Shown piece by piece: positions 6,640 through 16,209 of a stretch of DNA of 44,680 nucleotides. The stretch lies in UHGV virus genome UHGV-0024713. One strand, 5' to 3'. The notes beneath the pieces were generated by a model. That model did no database searches. It was not told where the DNA came from and saw only the letters and a program-made list of their open reading frames with translations. The translations under genes were made by a program, and so were the position numbers. Within the stretch, counting starts at the first letter, position 1; each line of letters begins with the position of its first letter. The stretch comes from a virus.

Positions 6640-7782
6640 ATGCACCCGCAAACTAAAATCACCGACGAGCAATTGATCGCCGAGTTGCAATACGGCACTA
6701 CCGCGAAAGAGATTGCGAAGAAGTACGGCCTTTCCCTACGAAACGTCTACATGCGCAAAGCCCGCCTGTCGAAGAAAGGTATTGGTCACGGTAACGATGC
6801 CGTAATCCGTAAGCGCGTTGCCGATGGCTTCGGCGTTAAGCGCGTATCCGCCCTGGTGCGCGGCAATGGCGAAGAGGTCATGTCGTGGGTTATCACTGAG
6901 CAGGACAAGGAGCGCCAGCTTGAAGCAATGCGCGCCGTTGTCGAAGGTATGAACAGCGAAATCACCCCGGCAGCACCAGTAAGCGCCCCGCCAGTCCCGA
7001 TCCAGGCACTTGACCTACTCAACCTGTACACCGTGTCAGACTTCCACCTGGGCATGTTGGCATGGGGTGAGGAGACTGGCGAGGACTGGGATATGGCAAT
7101 CGCTGAAGACCTGTTTTACCGCTGGTTTGTCGAAGCCTTCGCCCGCGCACCGGACGCAGGCACTGCCGTAATCAATATCCTCGGTGATATGGCGCATTTT
7201 GATAGCCTCGATGCCGTCACCCCAGCTAGTGGTCACATCCTGGACGCAGATACCCGATACCAGAAGTTGGTCCGCTACATGATTCGCATGGTGCGCAACG
7301 TGGTAGACCTGGCGCTGCAAAAACACCACAAAATCAAACTTCTAATCGTCCAGGGGAATCATGACGAGTCGGGCATGATTTGGCTGGCTGAAATGTTCAA
7401 TACTCTGTATGAGAACGAGCCGCGCGTCGATGTGGATACGTCGCCGGATGTCTACAAAATGGTGCAACACGGCAAGACCACGCTATTCTTCCACCACGGG
7501 CACAAAGCGCGCTTCGATGCTATCGAAACAGTCATGATTTCTAAATTCAGACAGGCTTTCGGGTCCAGCGAATACAGCTACGCGCATGTAGGCCACTTGC
7601 ACCACCAGAAGATTGTAGAATCCCGCAACATGATTGTTGAACAGCACAGGACGCTAGCAGCGAAAGACGCCTACGCCAGTCGTGGCGGTTGGATGTCCGG
7701 TCGCAGCGCCAACGTCATTACCTACAGCGCCAACTACGGCGAAGTAGCGCGCTTAACCATTAGCCCGGAAATGTTGAAGTAA
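6640..7782 (+). CDS. Metallophosphoesterase (calcineurin-like) with N-terminal helix-turn-helix
   Basis: Start chosen at internal ATG with AGGAAG RBS; HTH-like TAKEIAKKYGLSLRNVYMRK; phosphoesterase motifs SDFHLG, GDMAHFD, QGNHDE. Confidence 0.55.
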   Translation: MHPQTKITDEQLIAELQYGTTAKEIAKKYGLSLRNVYMRKARLSKKGIGHGNDAVIRKRVADGFGVKRVSALVRGNGEEVMSWVITEQDKERQLEAMRAVVEGMNSEITPAAPVSAPPVPIQALDLLNLYTVSDFHLGMLAWGEETGEDWDMAIAEDLFYRWFVEAFARAPDAGTAVINILGDMAHFDSLDAVTPASGHILDADTRYQKLVRYMIRMVRNVVDLALQKHHKIKLLIVQGNHDESGMIWLAEMFNTLYENEPRVDVDTSPDVYKMVQHGKTTLFFHHGHKARFDAIETVMISKFRQAFGSSEYSYAHVGHLHHQKIVESRNMIVEQHRTLAAKDAYASRGGWMSGRSANVITYSANYGEVARLTISPEMLK

Positions 7783-7803
7783 CGGCAGCCAGTAAGCCAC
7801 CCA

Positions 7804-7828
7804 GCCCGCCGATTTGGTGGGCTTTTTT
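7804..7828 (+). terminator. Intrinsic terminator; TATAAT hexamer just downstream at 7837-7842
   Basis: GCCCGCC-gattt-GGTGGGC (one G-U pair in RNA) followed by T6. Confidence 0.5.
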
Positions 7829-7912
7829 GTGCCTGTTATAATCCACCTTAGATGGCAGGGCCGTCTCCTATGTTGCCGATGGTCGGCGCATATGCACAAA
7901 AGGGCTTATATC

Positions 7913-8464
7913 ATGGCAGAAATCAAAGTTAAGGGCCGACGCGCCAAACTGGACGGACGAGTAGCAGTAACCCCGCGCCGTAAACCAGGCGAGCAAACCG
8001 AGCATACCAATCTCGGACCTGAAATCGAGTACGGAAAGCGCCGTAAAGGCGGCAAATGTGGACGCCCTACTGACTACCGATCCGTTTACTGCGACCAGCT
8101 TCGCCGCTATTTTGCCGACGCAGACGCCTGGCAGGTAAACTACTCCGATAAAGGCGCTGCACAAGTAATCCCCCGCAACAAAATGCCAACCTTCGGTCGA
8201 TTTGCCGCGGAAATCGGCGTGGGCGTAGCTTGCCTGTATCGCTGGGCGCGTGCGCATGAGGAGTTCGCCGAGGCGATGGCGGACGCTATGGAATTGCAGA
8301 AAACTTTCCTGATGGAAGCTGGCGGCGTGACCATCGCGGCAGGCTTCGCCACCTTCCTGCTTAAAGCCAACCACGGCGTCCGGGACGATGTTCCACTGGA
8401 TGACGACGAAGATGATAACGGCGACGTCGTTGTCGAACCTACCGGCAAAGGTCAGGGTGATTAA
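7913..8464 (+). CDS. Terminase small subunit (putative)
   Basis: 183-aa basic protein with HTH-like FGRFAAEIGVGVACLYRWARAHEEF and acidic C-terminus; stop overlaps the large-subunit start (TAATG). Confidence 0.5.
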   Translation: MAEIKVKGRRAKLDGRVAVTPRRKPGEQTEHTNLGPEIEYGKRRKGGKCGRPTDYRSVYCDQLRRYFADADAWQVNYSDKGAAQVIPRNKMPTFGRFAAEIGVGVACLYRWARAHEEFAEAMADAMELQKTFLMEAGGVTIAAGFATFLLKANHGVRDDVPLDDDEDDNGDVVVEPTGKGQGD

Positions 8465-9849
8465 TGCGTAACTATGCGGCAGAACATCGCGCCCTTGAAC
8501 GTGCGATCGCAAAGCGCAACCGACCACCACGCCCGACACGCGTTGCGCAGGCGGTGCGTCTTTACCAGCCTGATTGCCTACCGCACCAGGTCGAACTACT
8601 GCGGGACACGAAGACTAAAATCCTCGGCCTGTGTTCCGGCTTCGGCGGCGGCAAGTCATGGGTCGCAGCCCGTAAGGTAATCCAGCTTTTAACCCTGAAC
8701 CCGGGTCATGATGGCATCGTTACAGAACCGACTATTCCCCTCCTGGTTAAAATCATGTATCCGGAATTGGAAAAGGCATTCGACGAGGCTGGCTTCCGGT
8801 GGAAGTTCAATAAGCAGGACAAGATTTATAGCGTGCTGGTGAAAGGCAAATGGACCCGAGTTATCTGTGAGTCAATGGAGAACTACACACGCCTTATCGG
8901 GGTTAACGCCGCATGGATTGTTGCCGACGAATTTGACACCACGAAGCAAGACGTCGCGATGGCGGCATATCACAAATTGCTTGGTCGTCTGCGTGCTGGC
9001 TTGGTACGACAGTTCGTCATCGTGTCCACGCCTGAAGGCTACCGGGCGATGTATCAGATTTTCGAGGTGGAGAAGGATAGCCAGAAACGTTTGATCCGGG
9101 CGAAGACCACGGACAACCACCATTTACCGGCAGACTTTATCGACACGCTGCGCAGTCAGTACCCGGCGAACCTGATCGACGCGTACCTGAACGGCCTGTT
9201 TGTTAACCTTACGTCGGGCGCGGTGTACAAGATGTTTAACCGGGATGAGAACGCCAGCACCGAAGAAGTGCAGCCGGAAGACACACTGATTATCGGTATG
9301 GACTTTAACGTCACGAAAATGGCGGCGGTCGTGTACGTCAGACGGCAGCGCACTACCGAGAACAAGGAGTTCCGCGACGAGATTCACGCCGTGGATGAAT
9401 TCGTGGACTTGTTTGATACCCCGGCGATGATTGAGGCGATCGAGGAGCGCTACCCCGATCATTGTGCTGCCGGTCGGGTCGTCGTTTACCCGGATAGCAG
9501 CGGCAAGTCTCGCAAGACGGTCAACGCATCGTCGTCAGATATCGCGCAACTGGAAGACGCGGGCTTCGAGGTGGAATACGACAGCGTTAACCCACCTGTG
9601 AAAGACAGATTGATCGCGATGAATACGATGATGTGCAACTCGAAGGGTGTGCGCCAGTATTTTGTCAACCTGGATAAATGCCCTACACTAGCGAAATGTC
9701 TGGAACAGCAGGTTTACGACCTGAAGAAAGGCGAGCCGGATAAAACCGCCGGTGTGGACCACATGAACGATGCCGCGGGCTACCCTATTGCGCACTTGTT
9801 CCCTGTGATTCGTCCAATCGCCGTTGTTCCTACCGTAGATTTCTACTAA
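8464..9849 (+). CDS. Terminase large subunit
   Basis: Walker A CSGFGGGKS, Walker B WIVADEFD, C-terminal nuclease region (IIGMDFN...); canonical position before portal. Confidence 0.9.
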   Translation: MRNYAAEHRALERAIAKRNRPPRPTRVAQAVRLYQPDCLPHQVELLRDTKTKILGLCSGFGGGKSWVAARKVIQLLTLNPGHDGIVTEPTIPLLVKIMYPELEKAFDEAGFRWKFNKQDKIYSVLVKGKWTRVICESMENYTRLIGVNAAWIVADEFDTTKQDVAMAAYHKLLGRLRAGLVRQFVIVSTPEGYRAMYQIFEVEKDSQKRLIRAKTTDNHHLPADFIDTLRSQYPANLIDAYLNGLFVNLTSGAVYKMFNRDENASTEEVQPEDTLIIGMDFNVTKMAAVVYVRRQRTTENKEFRDEIHAVDEFVDLFDTPAMIEAIEERYPDHCAAGRVVVYPDSSGKSRKTVNASSSDIAQLEDAGFEVEYDSVNPPVKDRLIAMNTMMCNSKGVRQYFVNLDKCPTLAKCLEQQVYDLKKGEPDKTAGVDHMNDAAGYPIAHLFPVIRPIAVVPTVDFY

Positions 9850-9860
9850 GGAAACAGACC

Positions 9861-11381
9861 ATGACCGTTAACGTTGACAACCAGCACCCGCTCTATGCGC
9901 GCATCGCGCCAGAGTGGAAAATGATCCGTGACTGCGTAGCAGGGGAGCGCGCCGTGAAGGCGTGCGGGCCATTGTACCTGCCACACCCAGCCAGTGGCGA
10001 CACTACCGACCCGAAATCCCGGGCACGGTATAAGGCGTATAAGCAACGTGCTGTCTTCCTGAACGCCACCGCCCGCACACTGAATGCGCTGTTAGGCGTC
10101 GCCTTTGCGAAACCGGTAAGTCTGGACCTTTCCGGGGCTATGGCTGACCTGATTGACGACGTAGACGGTAGCGGTATGCCATTGCCGCAACTTCTGCGCG
10201 GTGCTATGTCGGAAGTGCTGCAATCGGGCCGCGCGGGCTTTATGGTGGACTACGACCGCCAGGCTAACTTTGATGAACTGGGTAACGTAGTGCCGCAGAC
10301 CGCCGCCGAGATGGCGTCACACCGCCCGCTTATCCGCCTGTATACGGCAGAGCAGATCATCAACTGGCGGCAGACCCACGGCGTCGACACGCTAATCGTG
10401 CTGAAGGAGACGGACGAAATCAGCACCGAAGACCCGGACGACTTCGCAAACCACGAAGTTACGATCTGGACCGAGCTTCGCATGATTAACGGTGCGGCAC
10501 ACGCCCGCCGCTGGTTTTACAACGCGGACACGTCCGAGGTGCAAATGGACTTGCCGCGGGGATTCACCCGCACCGACCTTGTACCACTGGTGGATGCCGC
10601 CGGTAACGCGCTTACGCAACTGCCTTTCTGTTGGTGTGGCGCGGTGGATAACAATGCAACACCAGATGCCGCACCGCTGGCGGATATCGCGTCAATCAAC
10701 ATTAAGCACTACAACGCCGAAGCAGACGTCGCCGAGATTGCGCACATTGTGGGTCAACCTACCCTCATTGCGACTGGTCTGACCCAATCATGGGCGGACA
10801 AGAACCTGAAGGGCGGCATTGCCCTCGGTGCGACTAAGGGCGTTATCCTTGGCCAGAACATGGACGCTAAACTGATTCAGGCCGAGGAGCGCAACTTGTC
10901 TGTAGCACTGTGTGAACGCCGAGAATTGCAAATGGCTAAACTGGGCGCGGCCCTGGTCGAGAAGGGGACCGCACCCAAGACGGCAACCGAGGCGGCCTAC
11001 GATGCGCAGACAGATAACAGTATCCTGTCACTGATTGCCGGTAACGTTGAGAAGGCTTTCAACCGTGCGCTGCAAATCGTTAAGCTGTTCACCGGCGACA
11101 CCGCCGACCAGCGCGTAACGCTGAACAAGTTCTACACTGAAATCACGGTTGATGCGCAGCTTATGACCGCGATGATGGCAGGTGTGCAGACCGGTACTGT
11201 CCGACTGGCTGACTTTATCAAGTGGATGATGGCCCAGGGCGTTATTGATGACTCGCAAACCGTCGAGCAGGTGGAAGACGAATTGCGAAATCAGAATCCA
11301 TTGCCTCAAATGTCCCCCGATGCGGTAGAATCTACCGAAGAAGACCCGGGCAAGGTAGCGGACAATGGCGAAGACAATTAA
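9861..11381 (+). CDS. Portal protein (putative)
   Basis: 506-aa ORF immediately after the terminase large subunit; call by synteny and size. Confidence 0.6.
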   Translation: MTVNVDNQHPLYARIAPEWKMIRDCVAGERAVKACGPLYLPHPASGDTTDPKSRARYKAYKQRAVFLNATARTLNALLGVAFAKPVSLDLSGAMADLIDDVDGSGMPLPQLLRGAMSEVLQSGRAGFMVDYDRQANFDELGNVVPQTAAEMASHRPLIRLYTAEQIINWRQTHGVDTLIVLKETDEISTEDPDDFANHEVTIWTELRMINGAAHARRWFYNADTSEVQMDLPRGFTRTDLVPLVDAAGNALTQLPFCWCGAVDNNATPDAAPLADIASINIKHYNAEADVAEIAHIVGQPTLIATGLTQSWADKNLKGGIALGATKGVILGQNMDAKLIQAEERNLSVALCERRELQMAKLGAALVEKGTAPKTATEAAYDAQTDNSILSLIAGNVEKAFNRALQIVKLFTGDTADQRVTLNKFYTEITVDAQLMTAMMAGVQTGTVRLADFIKWMMAQGVIDDSQTVEQVEDELRNQNPLPQMSPDAVESTEEDPGKVADNGEDN

Positions 11382-12468
11382 TCAATATATGGCGGATCGA
11401 ATGATTCGCCGTCACATCTTCACCCAGCGCCTGAGCAATGATCAGGCGCGGAGGGTGCTGGCTATGTGGGAGAAGTTCCGGCCCACTTTACTGGGTAAGC
11501 TGACCGAGTTACTTGATGGCAAAAAGTCCATGAACAACAAGGCACTTACCACTCTGTTAACGCAACTAGACAAGACCGTCAAAACGGAACTGCGCGCCGA
11601 GTTTAAGGCGCTGGCGGAGAACCTTCAGGAGTTCGCCGACACCGAGGCTGATTATCTCGCTGACACACTAACGGCAGCGATCCGGCCCGCTGTCGCCGTA
11701 CCGGCTGTTGAAGTAGTTGGCGTTGTTACCGGCGCGCAGATTGCAGCGACGGCAATGAAAAACCCGTTCCAGGGTAATACGATGATGCAATGGCCTGACT
11801 CACTCTCTGAGTGGACCAGGACGCAGATCGGTAATCAGGTGCGCGCTGGATTCATCCAGGGCAAGCCGACTATGGAAATTATTGCGGACGTGAGGCGCGC
11901 GCTAGGTGGTCGCAGTGCGCAAGCCATCTCGAGCGTTGTTAAATCCGCAGTCAACCACTATGCGGCTACAGCCCGCGAACTAATGGTAAAAGCAAATGAC
12001 GATATTCTCGAAGGTCGCCAGTGGTTATCTACATTGGACACGCATACTTCTCCCATGTGCCAGCTACGCGATCGCCTGTTTTATCCGGTTGATGTTACTC
12101 CCGACACCAAAGGAAAGCGCGGCGGTAAAGTGGTGGCGGGGTCACAATATGGCGCTGGTCCGGGCAAGTTGCATTATTGTTGCCGGTCGACGGAGACGTG
12201 GAAGGTTAAAGGCATGGAGGATTGGCCCAGTGGTAAGCGTCCAGCACTGAAGGCTGACGCAGGCCGATTGCTGAGTGAGCAGGTCGACGCGCAGACTGAT
12301 TTCTTCTCATGGGTGCAGCGCCAGCCGCGCCATATCCTGGAAGAATTATACGGAGTGCAACGCGCCGACCAGATTATGCGCGGCGTGAAAGTGCCGAAGA
12401 TGTTTACCGATTCTGGCGAACTGATGACTATCGCACAGCTTAAAAACCGGGGGTTATGGCGTGATTAA
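11365..12468 (+). CDS. Head morphogenesis / minor head protein (Mu F / SPP1 gp7-like position)
   Basis: 367-aa ORF overlapping the portal 3' end; call by position. Confidence 0.5.
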   Translation: MAKTINQYMADRMIRRHIFTQRLSNDQARRVLAMWEKFRPTLLGKLTELLDGKKSMNNKALTTLLTQLDKTVKTELRAEFKALAENLQEFADTEADYLADTLTAAIRPAVAVPAVEVVGVVTGAQIAATAMKNPFQGNTMMQWPDSLSEWTRTQIGNQVRAGFIQGKPTMEIIADVRRALGGRSAQAISSVVKSAVNHYAATARELMVKANDDILEGRQWLSTLDTHTSPMCQLRDRLFYPVDVTPDTKGKRGGKVVAGSQYGAGPGKLHYCCRSTETWKVKGMEDWPSGKRPALKADAGRLLSEQVDAQTDFFSWVQRQPRHILEELYGVQRADQIMRGVKVPKMFTDSGELMTIAQLKNRGLWRD

Positions 12469-12790
12469 ATATGCAGCGATAGGACTGGTTATCGGTCTGG
12501 TGGTAGGCTTCTGGCTGGGTGATTCCCACCGCGCTGCCGTTGTGGCGAAAGCGGCGCAACAAGCGCAAGCAAAAGCCCAGCGGCAGCAAACTAAGGTTGT
12601 CGAGCGATCCGTGCAGGCCGAACAGGCCCGCGACGTGGAATACCGGACTATCACGAAAGAGGTTGTTAAATATGTTACGCGTCCTAACCGCCCTGATTGT
12701 AGTTTTGATGCTGAGCGCGTGCGGATCAAGCAACGTGCCGTTGATGCCGCTAACGGAGTCGGCACTGCGACCGCCGTGCAAGTTCGATAA
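12461..12790 (+). CDS. i-spanin (Rz-like inner-membrane spanin)
   Basis: N-terminal signal-anchor helix AAIGLVIGLVVGFWLG followed by Ala/Gln-rich helical periplasmic domain. Confidence 0.6.
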   Translation: MIKYAAIGLVIGLVVGFWLGDSHRAAVVAKAAQQAQAKAQRQQTKVVERSVQAEQARDVEYRTITKEVVKYVTRPNRPDCSFDAERVRIKQRAVDAANGVGTATAVQVR

Positions 12791-12902
12791 CCCGTCCGCA
12801 GACCCCGACGAGGATTTGATGATTGACGTGAAAAATATGGAATGCGGGGCGAAGCTGAGGGCGCAGGTGTTGGAGTTGCAGCAAATAATTAAGGGGCCGT
12901 AA
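12672..12902 (+). CDS. o-spanin (Rz1-like outer-membrane lipoprotein), overlapping the i-spanin in another frame
   Basis: Internal ATG of track ORF 12519..12902; signal peptide plus lipobox LSAC; proline-rich mature part with Cys. Confidence 0.6.
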   Translation: MLRVLTALIVVLMLSACGSSNVPLMPLTESALRPPCKFDNPSADPDEDLMIDVKNMECGAKLRAQVLELQQIIKGP

Positions 12903-12916
12903 TGGCCCATTTTCCG

Positions 12917-13681
12917 TTATCGCGGAATACCGCAAATCTCGTTGAGAGTTTTCACGTCCAGCGCCACCGCCGTGGATTTTGGCTTGTCCGGGTATGGGAT
13001 GAATTGCTCAACTTCAGGCCACGCCTTAACCAGCTTCTTGTCAGTATTGTGCAGGTCCAGCACACCGGTAACGGTGAGTTTGAACGCATCATACTTCGCG
13101 CGCAACTCGCGACGGGCCTTGTCGTTACGGTCAAGGCGCTTACAGAAGTCATGGTCCGCCGGGTAGTCTACGCGACCGCGAGGGAGATATATCGGCAGCG
13201 CTTTCCCGTCCGCGTCAACTTCACATACTGACGCAAGCATAACCTCCTCGAACCCAGGTACGATATCGCCGAGATCGGGGGATAGCTTATTCATGTATTT
13301 ATATTCCCAGTATCCGCGATGTACGCGGTATTGGCGACCATCACCGCTCAAGGACAAGGTGCGAACATTTCCGCCTGCGTTGATTTCGAAAGTGGCGTCA
13401 TAAACGCGGCCTATACCCTTCGGGAGGCCTATGTCATAGCGATATGTTGCCTTGTTGGTGTAGACGCAGACGCAGTATATTGGCGACTTGGCACCTTCTA
13501 GTGCTTCGATGTGTGCGCGTAACTCGGCGAAAGTGCGAATGCCCTCCGGCATACAGTCCAGCGTGATTGCGTACGCCAGGTCGCGAGAGTCCATCATGAT
13601 TGATTTGGCTTCGGTAGCGATTTCATGGTCGCGCAGGATGTTAGCCAGAATCTGGTTTTTAATGTCTTTTGTCAGTCTCAT
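12917..13681 (-). CDS. Hypothetical protein (254 aa), antisense moron
   Basis: Start at internal ATG with GAGGA RBS; opposite strand to flanking structural genes; no recognisable motif. Confidence 0.6.
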   Translation of the reverse strand: MRLTKDIKNQILANILRDHEIATEAKSIMMDSRDLAYAITLDCMPEGIRTFAELRAHIEALEGAKSPIYCVCVYTNKATYRYDIGLPKGIGRVYDATFEINAGGNVRTLSLSGDGRQYRVHRGYWEYKYMNKLSPDLGDIVPGFEEVMLASVCEVDADGKALPIYLPRGRVDYPADHDFCKRLDRNDKARRELRAKYDAFKLTVTGVLDLHNTDKKLVKAWPEVEQFIPYPDKPKSTAVALDVKTLNEICGIPR

Positions 13682-13723
13682 TTTTGTGTCCTCGTGTTGG
13701 GGCTTTCGCCCCATTTGGCTTAG

Positions 13724-14131
13724 TTAAAGTGCTTCTAGAATCTCGTAAAACTTATTCGCCAGCGCCTGGCGGCGTTCGAATTTTTCAGTGATAACCAATT
13801 CCGGGCGGTTAAATAGCTTTGCGTGGGTGTTCCAATTGAGGATTTCCGTTTCCATTATTTTCTTCCGGTTGTAGTCGGTGTTTTTGATGCTAAATTCCTT
13901 GATAGCGTCATTAAGAAAATCAGTCATACACTCAACGTCTGTTCTCTTAACTTCGAACGAACGGGCCTCGATTGGGCTATTTGTGCGAAGTACGACGACT
14001 CCGCCGTGGTAGGTGTCGACTACCATATACTTATAAGTCACCCCATCCCACTCCGGATCGAAAGGGCGCCCAAATACGTCGTCGGCTTTCCACACTTTCT
14101 GGTACGGTGTTTCTTTGATTAATGTTGGCAT
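13724..14131 (-). CDS. Hypothetical protein (135 aa), antisense moron, AT-richer than surroundings
   Basis: AAGGA RBS; preceded on the minus strand by TTGCAA-18-TATATT with motif copies; visibly lower GC by eye. Confidence 0.6.
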   Translation of the reverse strand: MPTLIKETPYQKVWKADDVFGRPFDPEWDGVTYKYMVVDTYHGGVVVLRTNSPIEARSFEVKRTDVECMTDFLNDAIKEFSIKNTDYNRKKIMETEILNWNTHAKLFNRPELVITEKFERRQALANKFYEILEAL

Positions 14132-14160
14132 TTTGTTTTTCCTTCACGTCTCTGTTGGTG

Positions 14161-14184
14161 TGCGACCAATATATTGCAACCAAT
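14161..14184 (-). promoter_or_regulatory. Promoter candidate for the antisense cassette, with motif pair
   Basis: + strand TGCGACCAAT (14161-14170) and TGCAACCAAT (14175-14184); on minus strand TTGCAA-18-TATATT. Confidence 0.45.
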
Positions 14185-14287
14185 ACCAGGATTGCAAGCG
14201 AATTTTGCGATTATTTTTATCGCTGATAATATTAAAGGCGTGAAGTCGAGCGGGTGGCCCGCTCTGCCACAATCCCAGGGGGATAGC

Positions 14288-14992
14288 ATGAAACTTACTA
14301 AAGCTGAATATGACGCGTTGCCGGAAGGTATGAAGGCGCTTTTTGTTGCCGATGGTGACGGGTATAAATCAACGTTCATGACCGCCGAAGAAGTACAGGC
14401 GGAGATCAAGGGTCTGAAAGACAACAACGCGAAGCTGGTTAGCGAGAAGAAAGCAGAAGCCGAACGCCGCGCCGAAGCCGAGCGCCTTGCGAAAGAGAAA
14501 GAGGAAGCCGCCGCGCGCAAAAATGGCGACCTCGAAGCGATCGACAAGTCCTGGAAAGATAAGTTTGCGAAACACGAAGCAGACACATCGGGAAAAATCG
14601 AAGCCTACCGCAAGCAGATCCACGATCTAACCATCGGCAGCGCTGCCAAAGACCTGGCGTCGAAGCTGTTCGGTAAGAATGCCGGAATCATGCAACGCCA
14701 CGTTATGGACCGCCTAACGCTGGAAGACGGCGAAGACGGCAGCTTGAAAGTGCGTGTCTTGCAGGATGGCAAACCGTCCGCGCTGACAATGGAAGAGCTT
14801 GAAAAAGAGTTCCGTAATAACGCCGATTTTGCATCCGTCCTGGCTGGCACGCCAGCCGGTGGCGCGCCTAGCAAACCGACGCAGGTTGTCGAAGATGTGA
14901 AGTCGAAAATCACGATGGGCCACAGCTTCGGTATCACTGACCTTACGAAACAGGCGGGGGATATCATCGCGAAGATGGGCGACGACGAGTAA
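14288..14992 (+). CDS. Scaffolding protein (putative)
   Basis: Internal ATG with RBS; Ala/Glu/Lys-rich coiled-coil sequence immediately upstream of the major capsid gene. Confidence 0.55.
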   Translation: MKLTKAEYDALPEGMKALFVADGDGYKSTFMTAEEVQAEIKGLKDNNAKLVSEKKAEAERRAEAERLAKEKEEAAARKNGDLEAIDKSWKDKFAKHEADTSGKIEAYRKQIHDLTIGSAAKDLASKLFGKNAGIMQRHVMDRLTLEDGEDGSLKVRVLQDGKPSALTMEELEKEFRNNADFASVLAGTPAGGAPSKPTQVVEDVKSKITMGHSFGITDLTKQAGDIIAKMGDDE

Positions 14993-14996
14993 GCAG

Positions 14997-15022
14997 ATCG
15001 CCCGCGAAAGCGGGCGATTTTG
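14997..15022 (+). terminator. Hairpin with GAAA tetraloop and short T-tract (attenuator-like) between scaffold and capsid genes
   Basis: ATCGCCCGC-gaaa-GCGGGCGAT then TTTG. Confidence 0.4.
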
Positions 15023-15089
15023 CTAGTGCGGAAATCTAAGGTAACATTAACGTCACTGGGCGAATGCTCACAACTCAAAGGATTTCGAT

Positions 15090-16190
15090 ATGTCTTTAAC
15101 AGTGTTCCAGCGTAAACTCGTTACCGCGGTTACGCAAATGATCCCCGACAACCTGAACGTTTTCAACGCTGCCGCCAATGGCGCTGTTGTTCTCGGTACT
15201 GGTGAAGTGCTGAAGGATGTTGTAGAAAAAATGTCCGTAGGCTTGATCGCCAACCTCGTTACCGACCGTAATGCCTACGCCCCTGTCGGCACTCCGGCAA
15301 CCGCTAAAGTGCTGGCGCGTATGCTGACCAACTCGGTCAACCTTTCCGCGAAAGTGGGTCCGGTAGCAATCACTAAGGCTATGATGGCTAAGATCGAAAC
15401 CAACGTTAACAGCGTTGCGGCTGAGATTGCGGCACAGGCTACTCAAGCGATTATGCTGCACTACCTGAAAGCGGGTATCGGTGCGGGTAAAGCGGCGATC
15501 GAAAGCAACGCAGCGGCAAAATACACCCAACCGGCGCGCGTTGACGGCGTTGGCGGTCGTACCTTCCCGACCCTGGCAGACTTCCCGCTGGCGGCTTCTA
15601 AGTTCGGCGATCAGGCGTCTTTGATTAAGTCCTGGTTTATGGACGGCGTTACCTGGGCAAACTTCATTGCATACCAGGCGCTACCGTCTGCCGAGCAGGT
15701 ATTCGCAATCGGCGATCTGCAGGTAATGGGTGATGGCCTGGGCCGTCGTTTCATTATCTCCGATGCCGCTGCCGATGCTATGGGTACGGGTAACATGCTG
15801 GGTCTGGTCCCCGGCGCTGTTGCGGTTACCACCAACGGCCTCGATATGCTGGCGCAGGAAAAAGGCGGTAACGAGAACATCGAACGCTGGTGGCAGGGTG
15901 AGTTCGACTTCAACGTGGCTGTTAAAGGCTACCGTCTGAAGGCGTCCGCTCGTACCCCGATCGAAGGCGTCCGCTCGTTCAAGCTGTCAGATATCACCAC
16001 TAAGGATAACTGGGAGCTTGACCAGGGCCAGGTAGACAACGCACCGGCAACCGTGCAGGACGTTGGCGCTGTGGGCGATGGCGATACTAAAGGTCGCCGT
16101 AAAACCCAGGCCGCACAGGAAGTGCCTACCCGTCACATCAAGGAAACCGCTGGCGTACTGGTTACGCTGACGGCTACCACAGCGTCTTAA
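15090..16190 (+). CDS. Major capsid protein (putative)
   Basis: 366-aa ORF after scaffold, followed by a strong terminator; call by synteny. Confidence 0.6.
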   Translation: MSLTVFQRKLVTAVTQMIPDNLNVFNAAANGAVVLGTGEVLKDVVEKMSVGLIANLVTDRNAYAPVGTPATAKVLARMLTNSVNLSAKVGPVAITKAMMAKIETNVNSVAAEIAAQATQAIMLHYLKAGIGAGKAAIESNAAAKYTQPARVDGVGGRTFPTLADFPLAASKFGDQASLIKSWFMDGVTWANFIAYQALPSAEQVFAIGDLQVMGDGLGRRFIISDAAADAMGTGNMLGLVPGAVAVTTNGLDMLAQEKGGNENIERWWQGEFDFNVAVKGYRLKASARTPIEGVRSFKLSDITTKDNWELDQGQVDNAPATVQDVGAVGDGDTKGRRKTQAAQEVPTRHIKETAGVLVTLTATTAS

Positions 16191-16209
16191 TCGACGCACA
16201 TCCCAAATG

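Noticed and set aside
7868-8539. 223-aa minus-strand ORF overlapping the terminase small-subunit region
   Set aside because: Antisense to the TerS/TerL junction where + strand genes are translationally coupled; no RBS or motif.
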